This document shows, piece after piece, positions 50,939-63,716 of a stretch of DNA of 64,000 nucleotides. The notes beneath the pieces are model-generated. The model worked only from the letters and a program-made list of their open reading frames with translations. It did not search any database and was not told the DNA's origin. Origin of the DNA: Octopus vulgaris (taxonomy: Eukaryota); assembly GCA_951406725.2 (NCBI GenBank), contig OX597841.1, forward strand, positions 17,980,001 through 18,044,000, written 5' to 3'. Each line of letters starts with the position of its first letter. Within the stretch, counting starts at the first letter, position 1. A program made the translations under genes and the position numbers.

Positions 50939-53900
50939 TTACAGATTTATGCTTAAAATAGTGTCGTCTTTCATACTGACCATTTTTGCCACTTTTACCC
51001 ACTTTTTATTAAAACATTCGTTCGACAAAGCCTTCCTCTCTATTCTCATCCTCCTTTTCAAGTGGTACTTGAAAAAGTTGACGAGAGACTGACCAGAGAG
51101 GAAGATGTTTGTTTGCAGTCCTTTCAAACGCGTCCACCACACACATTCTTTCGCCATAGCCATCAGCGTAACGAAAACCGTTTTCCCTTCCCGTTTAAAG
51201 GAAGGTGGTGGAACAATATTCACGATAGACTCGGCCGATAGGCGAGCCTGACCTACACGTGACAACAGCTGTTCGACGAAGGACCACAGCTCTGAAATAT
51301 CTGGACACTGCACGAGTGCGTGCAGAACGGTTTCGTCGCTCTGACCGCATCTCGGGCAGGTCGGTCCGGTGATGGTTTTCGAACCGTGTCTGTAGCTCTT
51401 CTCTCGAACAGGTAGTGCGTCTCGATAGCACTGCCAAGCCAGGGATTTCTGGAAGTTATCCATAGGCCCCGGCCCGAACGTCGTCCTGAACAGGCGGGTT
51501 AGGAATTCCTCGTCGACGCCCAGGTTTGCCCCGAGTGTGTCGTCGGACCTCCCCTCCACTAGTCCTCTATAGAACGCTTTAGTCGTTTGGAAGTTGCACA
51601 AGTTTGACCCCGGTCGGCAGAGCTGCTGTAGAGCTTGGCGACACTCTCGGTGCCAATCGCCCAGTTTCGGTCTCTTTTTGATCCACGTTTGCAGTTCGGT
51701 CAGTGAGACGAGCTGCGGGAAGTCGCGCCTCACAAACGGCGCCCACACCTGTTCACCGTCGTCGATGAATTTCCAGAGATGTCGCAGTCTCAGCGCATGC
51801 CTGCGCATCATCAACCACGGCATGCCCAGTCCTCCATTCAACGGATGTTGACAGCAAATGGACTTCCTCACCATCGGAACGCCACCCTTCCACAGGAAGC
51901 GGAAGAGTATGCGTTCCAGTTTGGTGATGGTGGCGTCGGGACAAGGTACGACGGTCAGGCGGTAATCGATGACGGATGCGATGTACGCGTTCGCCACCTC
52001 CGCCCGGCCTTTTAGAGACAGCTTTCTCTCGGCCCATGTTTGGCTGAGAGCGACCACTCTACTCGTGATCTCGTCCCAGTTCTTATCCATTTGGAGGTCC
52101 GGACTGAACCAGACTCCGAGCAATTTAACCGGTCCGTCCGTCCAGCGTCCCACTACTGAGCCGCAGTCGGACGGCATGGGCTTGCTTCTCCAGGTGCCGA
52201 GTAGCAAACCCACTGACTTTTCCGGGTTAATCTTTGCTCCCGTCACCGTTTCATATTTTCTTAGTGTCTCGCCGACCAGCTCGATGTGCTGGTAGCTCGA
52301 CACTATGACGGTGACATCGTCCGCATATGCCGACACGCTCGTCCCGCAACCCAGTTCCCGTGGGATGCCCCTCAGTGTCGCCAGCTTCCGCAGTAGCGGC
52401 TCGAGAGTCAATACATACAGAAGCGCCGACAGGGGACACCCCTGACGGACCGAACGCGTGATGTCAAACGGTTTAGACAGGTGACCGTTTACCCGAATCA
52501 CCGATCGGATGCCGCTATACAAGGCAGCGATCCAACCGCGGAAGACGGGACCGAAGCCAGCCGCCCTGAGGACGGCCGCCAAGTACCGATGGTCGACCCT
52601 ATCGAAGGCTTTAGACTGATCCAAATTTATCAGCGCCCCACCCATGCCAGGATCCTTAACTACCCTGTCCACAATGTAGCGCATCAGATGGAGGTTGTCA
52701 TGTATGGTTCTGCCCGGCACGGCGCATGTTTGCGCCCTGTCGACCAGTTTACCAATGACAAGCGCCAACCTCTCGGCTATTACTTTGGCCAAAATTTTCA
52801 AATCTGCGTTGAGCAGAGTGATGGGCCTGAAATTATCTATAAAATTCCCCTTGTTTGAGTCTTTCTTCAGCAACGTCACTGCACCTCGGCTCACGAAACC
52901 GGGGATTCTCCCGTTTTGTTGCCAGTTGCAGTAGACTGATGCCAAGAGTTCGCCAAACAAGTCTGGCATTCGACAATACAGCTCGTAGGGTAAACCATCC
53001 AATCCAGGCGACTTATCCCTCGCGCAGCCCGCCATCGCATCCCACACGTCAGCGGCTGTGATGGGACTTTCACAACACTCCGCCTCTCTTGCCGAGAGCC
53101 GCGGCAGGTCGGTCAGGTAGGCACTGAAATCCATCCCTCGTTCCGACCCACCACTCGCACCAAACAGTCGAGCAAAGTGCTGTTGAAAGGCCTCACACAT
53201 CCTTTCGGGTTCGAGTAAACTGCATCCCTGTTGATCTATTAGAGACCGAATGGTTGATCTGTTGCCACGCTGCGCCTCCGCTACCCGGGCCTCTCGCGCA
53301 GCTTCAATCCCTTCGTTCCTTAAGGCACGCATTTTAGCTCTGACGACGCAACCTTCGTGCTTGGCGTTGAGGTGTTGGTCGAGGGCCATCCTCGCAGCTA
53401 GCACGTTGGTTGCGCTGCCAGTGGTAAGTGCCTCTTCTAGTTTCTTAACTAAGTCTCCCTCTACTCTATTTCGTTCTATCGCTAATTCCTTGCTAAACCT
53501 AATTGATTCCGATTTTATTGCCATTTTCAGGGCGTACCACCAGCGGTTGTTAACGACCGCTCCCGTCAGCGCCCTCTTAATTAACTCGCTAATCCGGTTC
53601 CTGTAAACCTGTCGCGCTAACAGCGACGTGTTCAGTTTCCAGTAACCGGGACCCTGCCTATGTGTTTTATCTAAGTCGAGCGTACACGTAACAAATTTGT
53701 GATCTGTGTAGCTGACTATTTTAAATTGTGGACATCCTACACTATCCCTATCCGCTGTCCTGCATAGAATTCTATCTAGATAAGATCTCGACGATCCGAC
53801 GCGGTTTGTCCAAGTCCACGTTGGCACGTTCGGATGGTCGAGTCGGAACCTGTCAGACAAATGGAAACGTCTGAGCAGGTCTTTGAGGCTCTTACACCCC

Positions 53901-54379
53901 CTTCTATTCCTATCCCTTCCCACATAATCTAGATGCGTGTCCAAGGTAGCGTTCCAATCCCCTACTAACAATAAAGGTCTAGACGTACCCAGGAAAACCT
54001 CTAGACGTCTGAAGAAATCCGCCCGACCCGTTAAGGACGGTGCATAAACTGCCATCAGACGGAATGCACACCCATTTCTGCCATCCACGTCCAAGACAAC
54101 CAGCCTACCCTCCGGGTCTAGGAATATTGCTCTTACTTTTATCTTTAGACTCTTTCGAAAAAGCACCGCAGTACCTCCACCACCCATGTTCGGCAGACAG
54201 GGAGAAAAATAAATGTCAAATTGATTGCCAAACATGGACTCGAGGGCCCGCGGCTTACTGAGTCTGGTTTCGCTGATAGCTACTATATCCACGTCCAGTG
54301 ACTTGATGTCGTTTAGAAGGTAACCTTGCTTCCAAGCCGACGCCAAGCCACGCGCATTCACACAACCTAATTTAAGCAT
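50939..54379 (-). CDS. LINE ORF2: APE endonuclease + reverse transcriptase + C-terminal zinc finger
   Basis: VNARGL, AISET, VGDWN, SYLDRI, YTDH; SPGLDG, FRPITLLNADLK, LDQSKAFDRV, RQGCPLS, YADD; CPRCGQSDETVLHALVQC. No stops. Confidence 0.96.
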   Translation of the reverse strand: MLKLGCVNARGLASAWKQGYLLNDIKSLDVDIVAISETRLSKPRALESMFGNQFDIYFSPCLPNMGGGGTAVLFRKSLKIKVRAIFLDPEGRLVVLDVDGRNGCAFRLMAVYAPSLTGRADFFRRLEVFLGTSRPLLLVGDWNATLDTHLDYVGRDRNRRGCKSLKDLLRRFHLSDRFRLDHPNVPTWTWTNRVGSSRSYLDRILCRTADRDSVGCPQFKIVSYTDHKFVTCTLDLDKTHRQGPGYWKLNTSLLARQVYRNRISELIKRALTGAVVNNRWWYALKMAIKSESIRFSKELAIERNRVEGDLVKKLEEALTTGSATNVLAARMALDQHLNAKHEGCVVRAKMRALRNEGIEAAREARVAEAQRGNRSTIRSLIDQQGCSLLEPERMCEAFQQHFARLFGASGGSERGMDFSAYLTDLPRLSAREAECCESPITAADVWDAMAGCARDKSPGLDGLPYELYCRMPDLFGELLASVYCNWQQNGRIPGFVSRGAVTLLKKDSNKGNFIDNFRPITLLNADLKILAKVIAERLALVIGKLVDRAQTCAVPGRTIHDNLHLMRYIVDRVVKDPGMGGALINLDQSKAFDRVDHRYLAAVLRAAGFGPVFRGWIAALYSGIRSVIRVNGHLSKPFDITRSVRQGCPLSALLYVLTLEPLLRKLATLRGIPRELGCGTSVSAYADDVTVIVSSYQHIELVGETLRKYETVTGAKINPEKSVGLLLGTWRSKPMPSDCGSVVGRWTDGPVKLLGVWFSPDLQMDKNWDEITSRVVALSQTWAERKLSLKGRAEVANAYIASVIDYRLTVVPCPDATITKLERILFRFLWKGGVPMVRKSICCQHPLNGGLGMPWLMMRRHALRLRHLWKFIDDGEQVWAPFVRRDFPQLVSLTELQTWIKKRPKLGDWHRECRQALQQLCRPGSNLCNFQTTKAFYRGLVEGRSDDTLGANLGVDEEFLTRLFRTTFGPGPMDNFQKSLAWQCYRDALPVREKSYRHGSKTITGPTCPRCGQSDETVLHALVQCPDISELWSFVEQLLSRVGQARLSAESIVNIVPPPSFKREGKTVFVTLMAMAKECVWWTRLKGLQTNIFLSGQSLVNFFKYHLKRRMRIERKALSNECFNKKWVKVAKMVSMKDDTILSINL

Positions 54380-54445
54380 ACTTGACAATTACGAAAATTG
54401 TGTTTTACACACTATATTAGAAGAGACAAGAGGCAAGAAGTGAGG

Positions 54446-56185
54446 TCACTTACTCATTTTAAAAGTTTCATTTTTTTCTTCTTCTTTTGTATCGTTTTTG
54501 ATGAGGTGTTTGTATAGTTTTTTCGACAGGTATCGTTGATACCCGCCTACCGCATTCGGAAATAATGTTTTCAGTATGTGGTGTTGTGCTTGTGTTATGT
54601 GTAAAATTCTGATGTGTTTCGGTGGTGTGGTGTGCGGATGATTGTTTGTCTTAAAATCATCTTCACAGACGACCATGTTAGATTTGATGTAGTCCATTAA
54701 TTCTTTATTGTCTGTGTCTATTGCAGTTAGTTGTGTGTGTGGTTTTACGGGTTCATTACTTTTTTGATTGTCTAGGGGAATGTTGTCCTGAGTGAGATAT
54801 CTCCCTGCTTTAATTCCTTGTTTGGTGGATTTTTTTGATCTTTTTCTTTTACCCCCTGTGGCTATTTGCCATTCCGTCGAACTTTCATCGTCCGAGGTAT
54901 CAGTATGGGGTAGAGGAAAAAGAACAGGATCACTATGTATGCTTGTATAAATTGTTGATGTTTTGTGCGGTGTTTGTGTTGTTGTGGTGTTAGGGGTAGC
55001 ATTTGTCTTCTCGTCAGTGTTTTCTGTCTTTTTAATTGTCGTCCTGGGTGTGGGTGTGGGTCGATTTTTTGAAGATTCAACAAGTTTAATTGGTTGTGAC
55101 GTCAACGGTGATTGAGTTGGTACTGTTTTTCTTGGTGATGTTGTTGGGGTTTGTTGTTTTTCTTGGCGTTGTTCCATAATTGAGTGTGTTGGTGTTGGTG
55201 TTGGCAACAAAGGGATTTTATTTGTTTTCTGAATTGTTCTTTCTTGTTTTTTCTGTACCAGATCGCACTTGGCAATCAAATGTTCGGGGCTGCCACATTT
55301 GTAGCATCTAGGCTTTTTGCCTTCTGCCATAACATATAGGCATTGCCCATTCTCCAAGTATATCTTGTCGGGTAGGCTCTCGATAGAGGCCCCCTCAATC
55401 TGGATGGTCACAACTACTGTTTTTCCACCCCAATTGTCGTTTAGGTACACGGCTGTTTCTAGAATATTGATCTTTTTCAAGTGGTAACAGATTGCCCCTG
55501 TTATCCATTTGTTCGGCATATCGGGGGGTACATTTCTGATAGTAATTCTACTCACCCTCTGGTTTTTATAATAAGGGACCATGATGATTTCATCATTTCC
55601 CAGAGACTCAGTAGAGTGAGCTTTTGCCACTTCCTGGTTAGGGAAGCGGACCACTACTGTGTTAAACTGTGGACCCCAGTTTATATACTCTTTTTCTTTC
55701 ATTATATTTTTTAAACATTTCTCCACATCAGTTTTTGTAATCTGTTCATTTGGTTTTTTGTTTTTTCTAATAATTTTATATACAATTGTCTTATTTTCTA
55801 TTTCTTGTTTTATATGTTGAGGTGTATGCAGGACTAAATCTTGTCCACGGGTTGTAAAGAGAGCTCTTGTTTCTATGAGCTCTTCATTTGTGAATGTAAA
55901 AATCTCCTTTTTCTGGCGAAGAATATCTGCGAAATTTACTGTTGTTGACTTTTTTGTATTGGCATCTTCACTATTAGATAGTTCATTTTTATTGTTGTTC
56001 TTGTTGTTGCTGTTGTTTTTGTCAATAGTTTTCGTTTCAGTTTTATTTTTATCATTTATGTTGGTAGTGGTGGTGGTGGTGGTGGAGGTGGTGGTGGTAG
56101 CAGTTGTTGTCTCGTGGTTGCTGTTGTTAGTGGTGGTGGTGGCGGTGGTGACAGGGCTGTTAACGCACGTGGTTGCAGCGTTCAT
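54446..56185 (-). CDS. LINE ORF1 (gag-like) with a CCHC zinc knuckle
   Basis: CYKCGSPEHLIAKC; RRM-like segment RITIRNVPPD; T/N-rich ends; lies directly upstream of ORF2. Confidence 0.9.
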   Translation of the reverse strand: MNAATTCVNSPVTTATTTTNNSNHETTTATTTTSTTTTTTTNINDKNKTETKTIDKNNSNNKNNNKNELSNSEDANTKKSTTVNFADILRQKKEIFTFTNEELIETRALFTTRGQDLVLHTPQHIKQEIENKTIVYKIIRKNKKPNEQITKTDVEKCLKNIMKEKEYINWGPQFNTVVVRFPNQEVAKAHSTESLGNDEIIMVPYYKNQRVSRITIRNVPPDMPNKWITGAICYHLKKINILETAVYLNDNWGGKTVVVTIQIEGASIESLPDKIYLENGQCLYVMAEGKKPRCYKCGSPEHLIAKCDLVQKKQERTIQKTNKIPLLPTPTPTHSIMEQRQEKQQTPTTSPRKTVPTQSPLTSQPIKLVESSKNRPTPTPRTTIKKTENTDEKTNATPNTTTTQTPHKTSTIYTSIHSDPVLFPLPHTDTSDDESSTEWQIATGGKRKRSKKSTKQGIKAGRYLTQDNIPLDNQKSNEPVKPHTQLTAIDTDNKELMDYIKSNMVVCEDDFKTNNHPHTTPPKHIRILHITQAQHHILKTLFPNAVGGYQRYLSKKLYKHLIKNDTKEEEKNETFKMSK

Positions 56186-56552
56186 CTCACCGAATTTCAC
56201 GTTGGCATTTTCCGTGCGAACGTTCTTTTTTTCTCTGTCGTTTCCAGACTAGGAAAATGTTGTTCCAAAAAAGAACGCGACCAGCGTTCAACAATAAAAT
56301 TTCTAGACATTTTCTAATGTCGAGAAGAAAATAACAGAAATGAAATGGGGTCGAAACTGCCCCTAGGGGCGAATTCCTCCCTTGCAAAAGCACTCAAATG
56401 AAAGTTGGTTGCCTTACACACCTTATTTGCAAAAATCTACACAAAAATTGGCCTATAAATAGTCAAAATAAATGATTACCTTCGGAGCTGAAACGACATC
56501 ACATCCGTCAATAGATAGACAGATAGATAGATAGACAGATAGATAGATAGAC

Positions 56553-56583
<31 letters not shown>

Positions 56584-56584
56584 C

Positions 56585-56713
<129 letters not shown>

Positions 56714-56714
56714 C

Positions 56715-56747
<33 letters not shown>

Positions 56748-56765
56748 CAGATAGATAGATAGATA

Positions 56766-58369
56766 TGTTTCTTTATTAGCCACACAGGGCTGCACACAGA
56801 TAGAACAAATTACAAGGTAGAGCTTTTCTTTTGAAGGTTTAAAAAAAAAAAAAAAAAAAAAAAAGTAAGGGGGAGTTTCGATCAAAAGGGATCGTAAAAG
56901 GAGAGGAGGACAAAAAAAATGGGGTTAAAAAAAAGGGGGAGAGGAAAAAAAATTGATCAATAGGGATCGTTATCACAGAAATGTCAATATGAAGTGTAAA
57001 GGGGAGGACAGGTGAGGTTTACCCGTGGAAAGAAAAGCCTACGGAAAAGACCACGGTAACCTCGGTCAATGAAGTCACATTTTATATTTCTTTTTTTTTT
57101 TTTTTTTTTTTTGCAAATAAGCAACTCTCTGTTTTTGATTTCTGGGTTCATAGGACTATGCTCAAGGTGGCTTCGTCATTCATACGTGCCATTCTTGCTA
57201 CATTCACCCATCTTTTTTTAAAACATTCGCTAGACAAAACTTGCCTCTCTACTCTCACTTTCCTTTTCAAGTGGTACTTGAAGAAGTTGATGAGAGATTG
57301 ACCAGAGAGGAAAGTGTTTGTTTCCAATCCTTTCAGACGCGTCCACCAGATACATTCTTTCGCCATAGCCACAAGGATGATGAAAATAGCTCTTCCTTCC
57401 CGTTTGAAGGAAGGAGGCGTGACAATATTGACGATAGTCTCAGCTGATAAACCGACTCGTCCCACACGTGACAGCAGTTGTTCGACACAAGCCCATAGGT
57501 CGGAAATTGTTGGACACTGAACGAGTGCGTGCAGAACGGTTTCGTCGCTCTGACCGCATCTCGGGCAGGTCGGCCCCGTGTTTCTCGAGCCGTGTCTGTA
57601 GAGCTTATCCCGAACGGGTAGCGCTTCCCGGTAGCACTGCCAGGCCAGGGATCTCTGGAAGTTGTCCATGGGCCCTGGCCCGAAGGTCGTCCTGAACAGG
57701 CGGGTCAGGTACTCCTCGTCGACGTCCAGGTTCGCCCCGAGCTCGTCGTCGTACCTCCCCTCCACTAAACCCCTATAGAATGCTTTGGTTGTGTTGAAGT
57801 CACTTAAGGTCGACCCAGGACGGCAGAGTTGCTTGAGAGCAACGCGACACTCGCGGTGCCATTCGCCCTTCCTCGGCCTCTTTTTGATCCACGACTGCAG
57901 TTCGGTCATGGAGACGAGCTGCGGGAAAGCGTGCCTCACAAACGGCGACCACACCTGTTCACCGTCGTCTACATAGAGCCAGAGATGTCGCAGTCTCAGC
58001 GCGTGTCTGCGCATCATCAACCACGGCATGCCCAGCCCTCCTTTTAACGGGTGTTGACAGCAAATGGATCGCCTGACCATCGGGACGCATCCTTTCCACA
58101 AGAAGCGAAAGAGGATGCGTTGTAGTTTGGTGATGGTAGGGTCGGGACAAGGTACGACGGTCAGGCGGTAGTAGATGACGGACGCGATGTACGTGTTCGC
58201 CACCTCCGCTCGACCTTTTAGGGACAGTTTCCTCTCGGCCCATTGCCGGGCGAGAGTGACCACCCTACTCGTTATCTCGTTCCAGTTCTTCTCCACTTGG
58301 AGGTCCGGACCAAACCAGACCCCGAGCAACTCAACCGGGCCGTCGGTCCAGCGTCCCACGACGGAGGCG
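56766..58369 (-). mobile_element. 5'-truncated Tx1-type LINE, second subfamily
   Basis: 403-aa ORF homologous to the ORF2 C-terminus. 3' end CCCTGTGTGGCTAATAAAGAAACA then (TATC)n. Confidence 0.93.
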
Positions 58370-58464
<95 letters not shown>

Positions 58465-58465
58465 C

Positions 58466-58504
<39 letters not shown>

Positions 58505-58526
58505 CAGATAGATAGATAGACAGATA

Positions 58527-59611
58527 TGTTTCTTTATTAGCCACACAGGGCTGCACACAGATAGAACAAATTACAAGGTAGAGCTTTTCTTTTGAAGGGT
58601 TAGAGAAAGAAAAAAAAAAAAAAAAAAAAAGGAAGGGGGGAGTTTCGATCAAAAGGGATCGTAAAAGGAGAGAAAGAGGACAAAAAGGGGGTTAAAAAAA
58701 GGGGGGAGGAAAAAAAAAAAAAAAATTGATCAATAGGGATCGTTATCACAGAAATGTCAATATGAAGTGTAAAGGGGAGGACAGGTGAGGTTTACCCGTG
58801 GAAAGAAAAGCCTACGGAAAAGACCACGGTAACCTCGGTCAATGAAGTCACATTTTATATTTCTTTTTTTTTTTTTTTTTTTTTGCAAATAAGCAACTCT
58901 CTGTTTTTGATTTCTGGGTTCATAGGACTATGCTCAAGGTGGCTTCGTCATTCATACGTGCCATTCTTGCTACATTCACCCATCTTTTTTTAAAACATTC
59001 GCTAGACAAAACTTGCCTCTCTACTCTCACTTTCCTTTTCAAGTGGTACTTGAAGAAGTTGATGAGAGATTGACCAGAGAGGAAAGTGTTTGTTTCCAAT
59101 CCTTTCAGACGCGTCCACCAGATACATTCTTTCGCCATAGCCACAAGGATGATGAAAATAGCTCTTCCTTCCCGTTTGAAGGAAGGAGGCGTGACAATAT
59201 TGACGATAGACTCAGCTGATAAACCGACTCGTCCCACACGTGACAGCAGTTGTTCGACACAAGCCCATAGGTCGGAAATTGTTGGACACTGAACGAGTGC
59301 GTGCAGAACGGTTTCGTCGCTCTGACCGCATCTCGGGCAGGTCGGCCCCGTGTTTCTCGAGCCGTGTCTGTAGAGCTTATCCCGAACGGGTAGCGCTTCC
59401 CGGTAGCACTGCCAGGCCAGGGATCTCTGGAAGTTGTCCATGGGCCCTGGCCCGAAGGTCGTCCTGAACAGGCGGATCAGGTACTCCTCGTCGACGTCCA
59501 GGTTCGCCCCGAGCTCGTCGTCGTACCTCCCCTCCACTAAACCCCTATAGAATGCTTTGGTTGTGTTGAAGTCACTTAAGGTCGACCCAGGACGGCAGAG
59601 TTGCTTGAGAG
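58527..59611 (-). mobile_element. Shorter 5'-truncated copy of the second subfamily
   Basis: Nearly identical to 56766-57838 (two amino-acid differences seen, T/I and T/S) with a different 5' breakpoint. Confidence 0.93.
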
Positions 59612-59681
59612 ACAGATAGATAGATAGACAGATAGATAGATAGATAGATAGACAGGTAGATAGATAGATACATAGATAGAG

Positions 59682-59720
<39 letters not shown>

Positions 59721-60444
59721 CAGATAGATAGATAGACAGATAGATAGATATGTATATATATCTGTGTGTGTGTCTATGTTTGTCCTCCTGCCATCACTTG
59801 ACAACCGATGCTGGTGTGTTTACATCCCTATAACTTAGCCATTCAGCCAAAGAGACTGATAGAATAAGTACTAGGCTTATAAAGAATAAGTCTTGGGTTC
59901 GATTTCTTCAGCTAAAACCCTTTGAAGCAGTACTCCAGCATGGCCACAGTCAAATGACTGAAACAAGTAAAAGAATAAAAGAACCGAACAACCACAGTGT
60001 GTGGAGTGTTACATTTTGGAAAGTCCACACTTCTGCCATTGCCTGTGACTTGTCTAAATCTCAGTTTTTTCCTCAACTGATAAATTGAGCCAACAAGTTA
60101 ACTGTGACAATCTAACAACACTGCTACATTTCTTTATATATATTACAATGTAATGATTGTAGAGACAAAGAGCATAATATACAATGTCATAATTACGTTG
60201 GCAATTAATATATGTAGTAATTAAGGTGGTGAGTTGGTAGAATTGATAGAATGCCAAGCAAAATGCTTAGCAGTGTTTTGTCTGTCTTTACATTCTGAGT
60301 TCAAATTCCACCAAGGTCAACTTTAACTTTCATCGTCATGAGGTCAATAAAGTCAATACCAGTCATTAGACTGGGCTCGATGTAACTGACTCATCTCCTT
60401 CCCTGAAGTTTCTGGCCAAGTGCCAGAATTTAAAACCAATATAT

Positions 60445-60674
60445 TACTCTTCACTCTTTTACTTGTTTCAGTCATTTGACTGCGGCCATGCTGGAGCACC
60501 GCCTTAAGTCGAGCAAATCGACCCCAGGACTTATTCTTTGTAAGCCTAGTACTTATTCTATCGGTCACTTTTACCGAACCGCTAAGTTACGGGGACGTAA
60601 ACACACCAGCATCGGTTGTCAAGCGGTGTTGGTCGGACAAACACAGACACACAAACATACACACATATATATAT

Positions 60675-60716
<42 letters not shown>

Positions 60717-61510
60717 GAATGGCTTCTTTCAGTTTCCGTCTACCAAATCCACTAGGCTTTGGTCGGCCCGAGGCTATGGTAGAAGACACTTGTCCAAGGT
60801 GCCATGCAGTAGGACTGAACCCGGAACCGTGTGGTTGGTAAGCAAGCTACTTACCACACATCCACTCCAATATGTCATTATTAAATTATGTATTATATGT
60901 GTTTTATGTGCATGGTCTCCCAGACAGGAAAACAATTTTCTTGCATGAATCCAGTTCATACTGCAAAAATTGTAGGGGATTACTGCTCCACTGCTCTGCA
61001 TACCATCCTTGGATGGCATTTAGTGGCATACCAGGGGTTTTTTCTATGAGATAAGGTTGCTGGCCACTCATTCAATCATTCTATATTTCTGGAGAAAGGG
61101 ATACGATTAGTGGTCTCCCACAGCCTTTCTCACAGGGCAATATATAAGGTATATGTATGCCTGTCTTTGTGGTAAGAAGCTTGTTTTCCAACCAAATGGT
61201 TCTGGTTTCAGTTCCACTGCATGGCACCTTGGACATATCTCTTCTCCTATTGCCTTGAATCGACCAAAGCCTTGTGAGTGGATTTGGTAGACAGAAACAG
61301 AAAGAAGCTCATCATATGTGTGTGTGTGTGTGTGTCTTTGTGTCTGTGTTTGTCCCTCACTAACAGTTCGGCAAAAGAGACTGATAGAATAAGTACCAAG
61401 TTGAAAAATAAAATAAGTCCTGGGGGGGGGGATTGAGTCATTTGACTAAAAATTCTTCACGGTGGTGCCCCAGCATGGCCACATTCTAATGACTGAAACA
61501 AATAAAAGAA
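60445..61510. mobile_element. Family-A SINE copies (60445-60868 -, about 61165-61510 +)
   Basis: Same motifs as the other family-A copies. Confidence 0.75.
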
Positions 61511-62812
61511 TATATATGTATATTCTTTTATTTTTTAGTCATTAGACTGCGGCCATGCTGGGGCACCACCTTAAAGGGTTTGGTCAAACAAATTGATCCC
61601 AGTGCTAATTTTTAAGCCTGGTATTTATTTTAGCAGTTTCTTTTAGCCAAACCGCTAAGTCATGGGGATATAAACAAACCAACACCACTTGGTCAAACTG
61701 GGGCAAGGGAAGGGGGGGGGGCTACCATTATGATTGCATTTAAGACAAAAATCCAAAGATATTTTTTTTACATTTGTTACTTTTCATTGAATATTTATAT
61801 TTTAAACGAAAATAGGTTTGGGAGTAATAAATTGGTTTTGAAACATGATTCAACTTCAATGTAGTCTACCAACATAAACAGTTTTACTTCAACTGACTTA
61901 GATGTAGTATCCATCCATGACCCTCTTTTAGAGCTTCCAACCCTAAAGGGAGGAAATAATTGTCTGACCCCAGCATCTGACTTAAATGCTTGCAAGAGAG
62001 AAGATTCTTATAGAAGCATCCAAAGTACCTTGCATTGGGCTTGAAACCCAATCAATGTAATAATGAACTGGGCCGGTGCTAGGAAGTGCAGGACCCATTT
62101 AGAAAATTATTATTGGGCCCCCCTCTATTCTACAAAAGCTAAAGATCGATGTTTTATGCTTTGTGTAGTATGCCAAACCTAACCAAAAAATGTTAAGGGC
62201 TTAAGACCCCACCATTAGCCATAATGATTTACTAAAAATTGAAAGCTCATATGAAAGTTTTAATGTTTTATTACAAGTCAAGATAAGAAAATTGTATTGA
62301 ATTTGTAAATGTTTCAAAGATACAATTTCAAGTTCTCAAGTCGTGTTTTACTGAAGAGTCTAGGATAAGGGTGAAATAGCACTATCTACAACTACAGGAA
62401 TGTCTAATAAAGGGATTTTATGGGAAAATGGAAGCACTCTATTTGTTGTTGTTTGTTCCTTCTTGAGCCATGCCTGGCTCATAAGGGCCAGTTTCCCAGT
62501 TTCATTGGATGGGACACTGGTCCGTCACAGGTGAGCTGCTACATGCAGGAGGAAAAAGTAAGAGAAAGTTGTGACGAAAGAGTCAACAGAAGTTCACCAT
62601 TCCCTTCTCCTGGAGCCACATGGAGCTTAGGTGTTTCACTCATAAACACACACATTGCCTGGTTTGAGATTCGAACCTACGATCCCTTGACCACAACTCT
62701 GCTGCTCTGACCACTAGGCCATGTGCCTCCACCAAACAACCTATACTCTTTCCCTAATAGGAAAAAGACCTCTCAAGACAAAGAAAAAGCACACACACAC
62801 ACACAAAGAAAA

Positions 62813-63608
62813 AGATAAGATGCAAACCCTAAAACATTTCTCCCTCCTTAAGGAGAATTCTCATGGTCTCTGTCCCCTTACAGCAATCTCTCTCTCTCTT
62901 TCTATGGTCATCAGGCAAGTCACCCTGTGTTTGTGAAGAGGCCTTCTATAAACATACATTTCTGGCTGTCAAAGGGTTTTAATTCACCAAAGCATTTTCT
63001 GCTCAAGGCCCAGTTTGAACAAACCTCTCCAATTGGCTTAAAACCAGCCTTAGTCGTGAATTCCTTAACCATACAGCCATATCAGTGGCCAGGTTTCATT
63101 GTCAAATCATGGAAACTCTTCACCTCACCTGCAATTGTAAGAAACACCTGCCAAATCCCCCTCACATCACTGACTGCCTGAGAGTCGGGAAGGACACATT
63201 GGTCAATGTAGTCCTCGAAAGACTTGGCATAATCACATTGGAATGCTGGTGCTAAGCTGGCAGAATCATTCATCATCATTGTTCGACCGTGATCGAGACA
63301 ATGGAATTTACCATGCTACGCCAGACTTCAAGGTCCATCATAGCATTACGGAGGTCCTGTTGCTGGATGCCATCCTATTGGAGCAAGAAGACCACAGATG
63401 ACAAAGTAAACAGCGTAAGATGAAAGATTTTGCGATTCCCTGTGATAGCAGAATCGATGCCAAAGAAATGGTAAAACATTGAGAAATACGAGGAAAGAGC
63501 TGGAGAGGTGAGGAGAGTGTGGAAGACCAACACAATAATTATTCCTCATCATCATTGTTCGACCGTGATCGAGACAATGGAATTTACTATGTTACGCCAG
63601 ATGACCAT

Positions 63609-63648
<40 letters not shown>

Positions 63649-63716
63649 GTAAGGGGACAGAGAGCATGAGGATTCTCCTTAAGGAGGGAGAAATGTTTTA
63701 GGGTTTGTATCTTATC
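62813..63716. repeat. Inverted duplication (62813-62912 vs 63600-63716) with directly repeated retroelement tail pieces
   Basis: gataagatgcaaaccctaaaacatttctccctccttaagg... is mirrored. catcatcattgttcgaccgtgatcgagacaatgg occurs at about 63271 and 63547. Confidence 0.8.

Larger units (their letters stand above)
50637..56510 (-). mobile_element. Apparently full-length, intact L1/Tx1-type LINE (about 5.9 kb)
   Basis: 5' UTR, ORF1, ORF2 and a 3' UTR ending AATAAAAAGT directly before (TATC)n. Confidence 0.93.
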
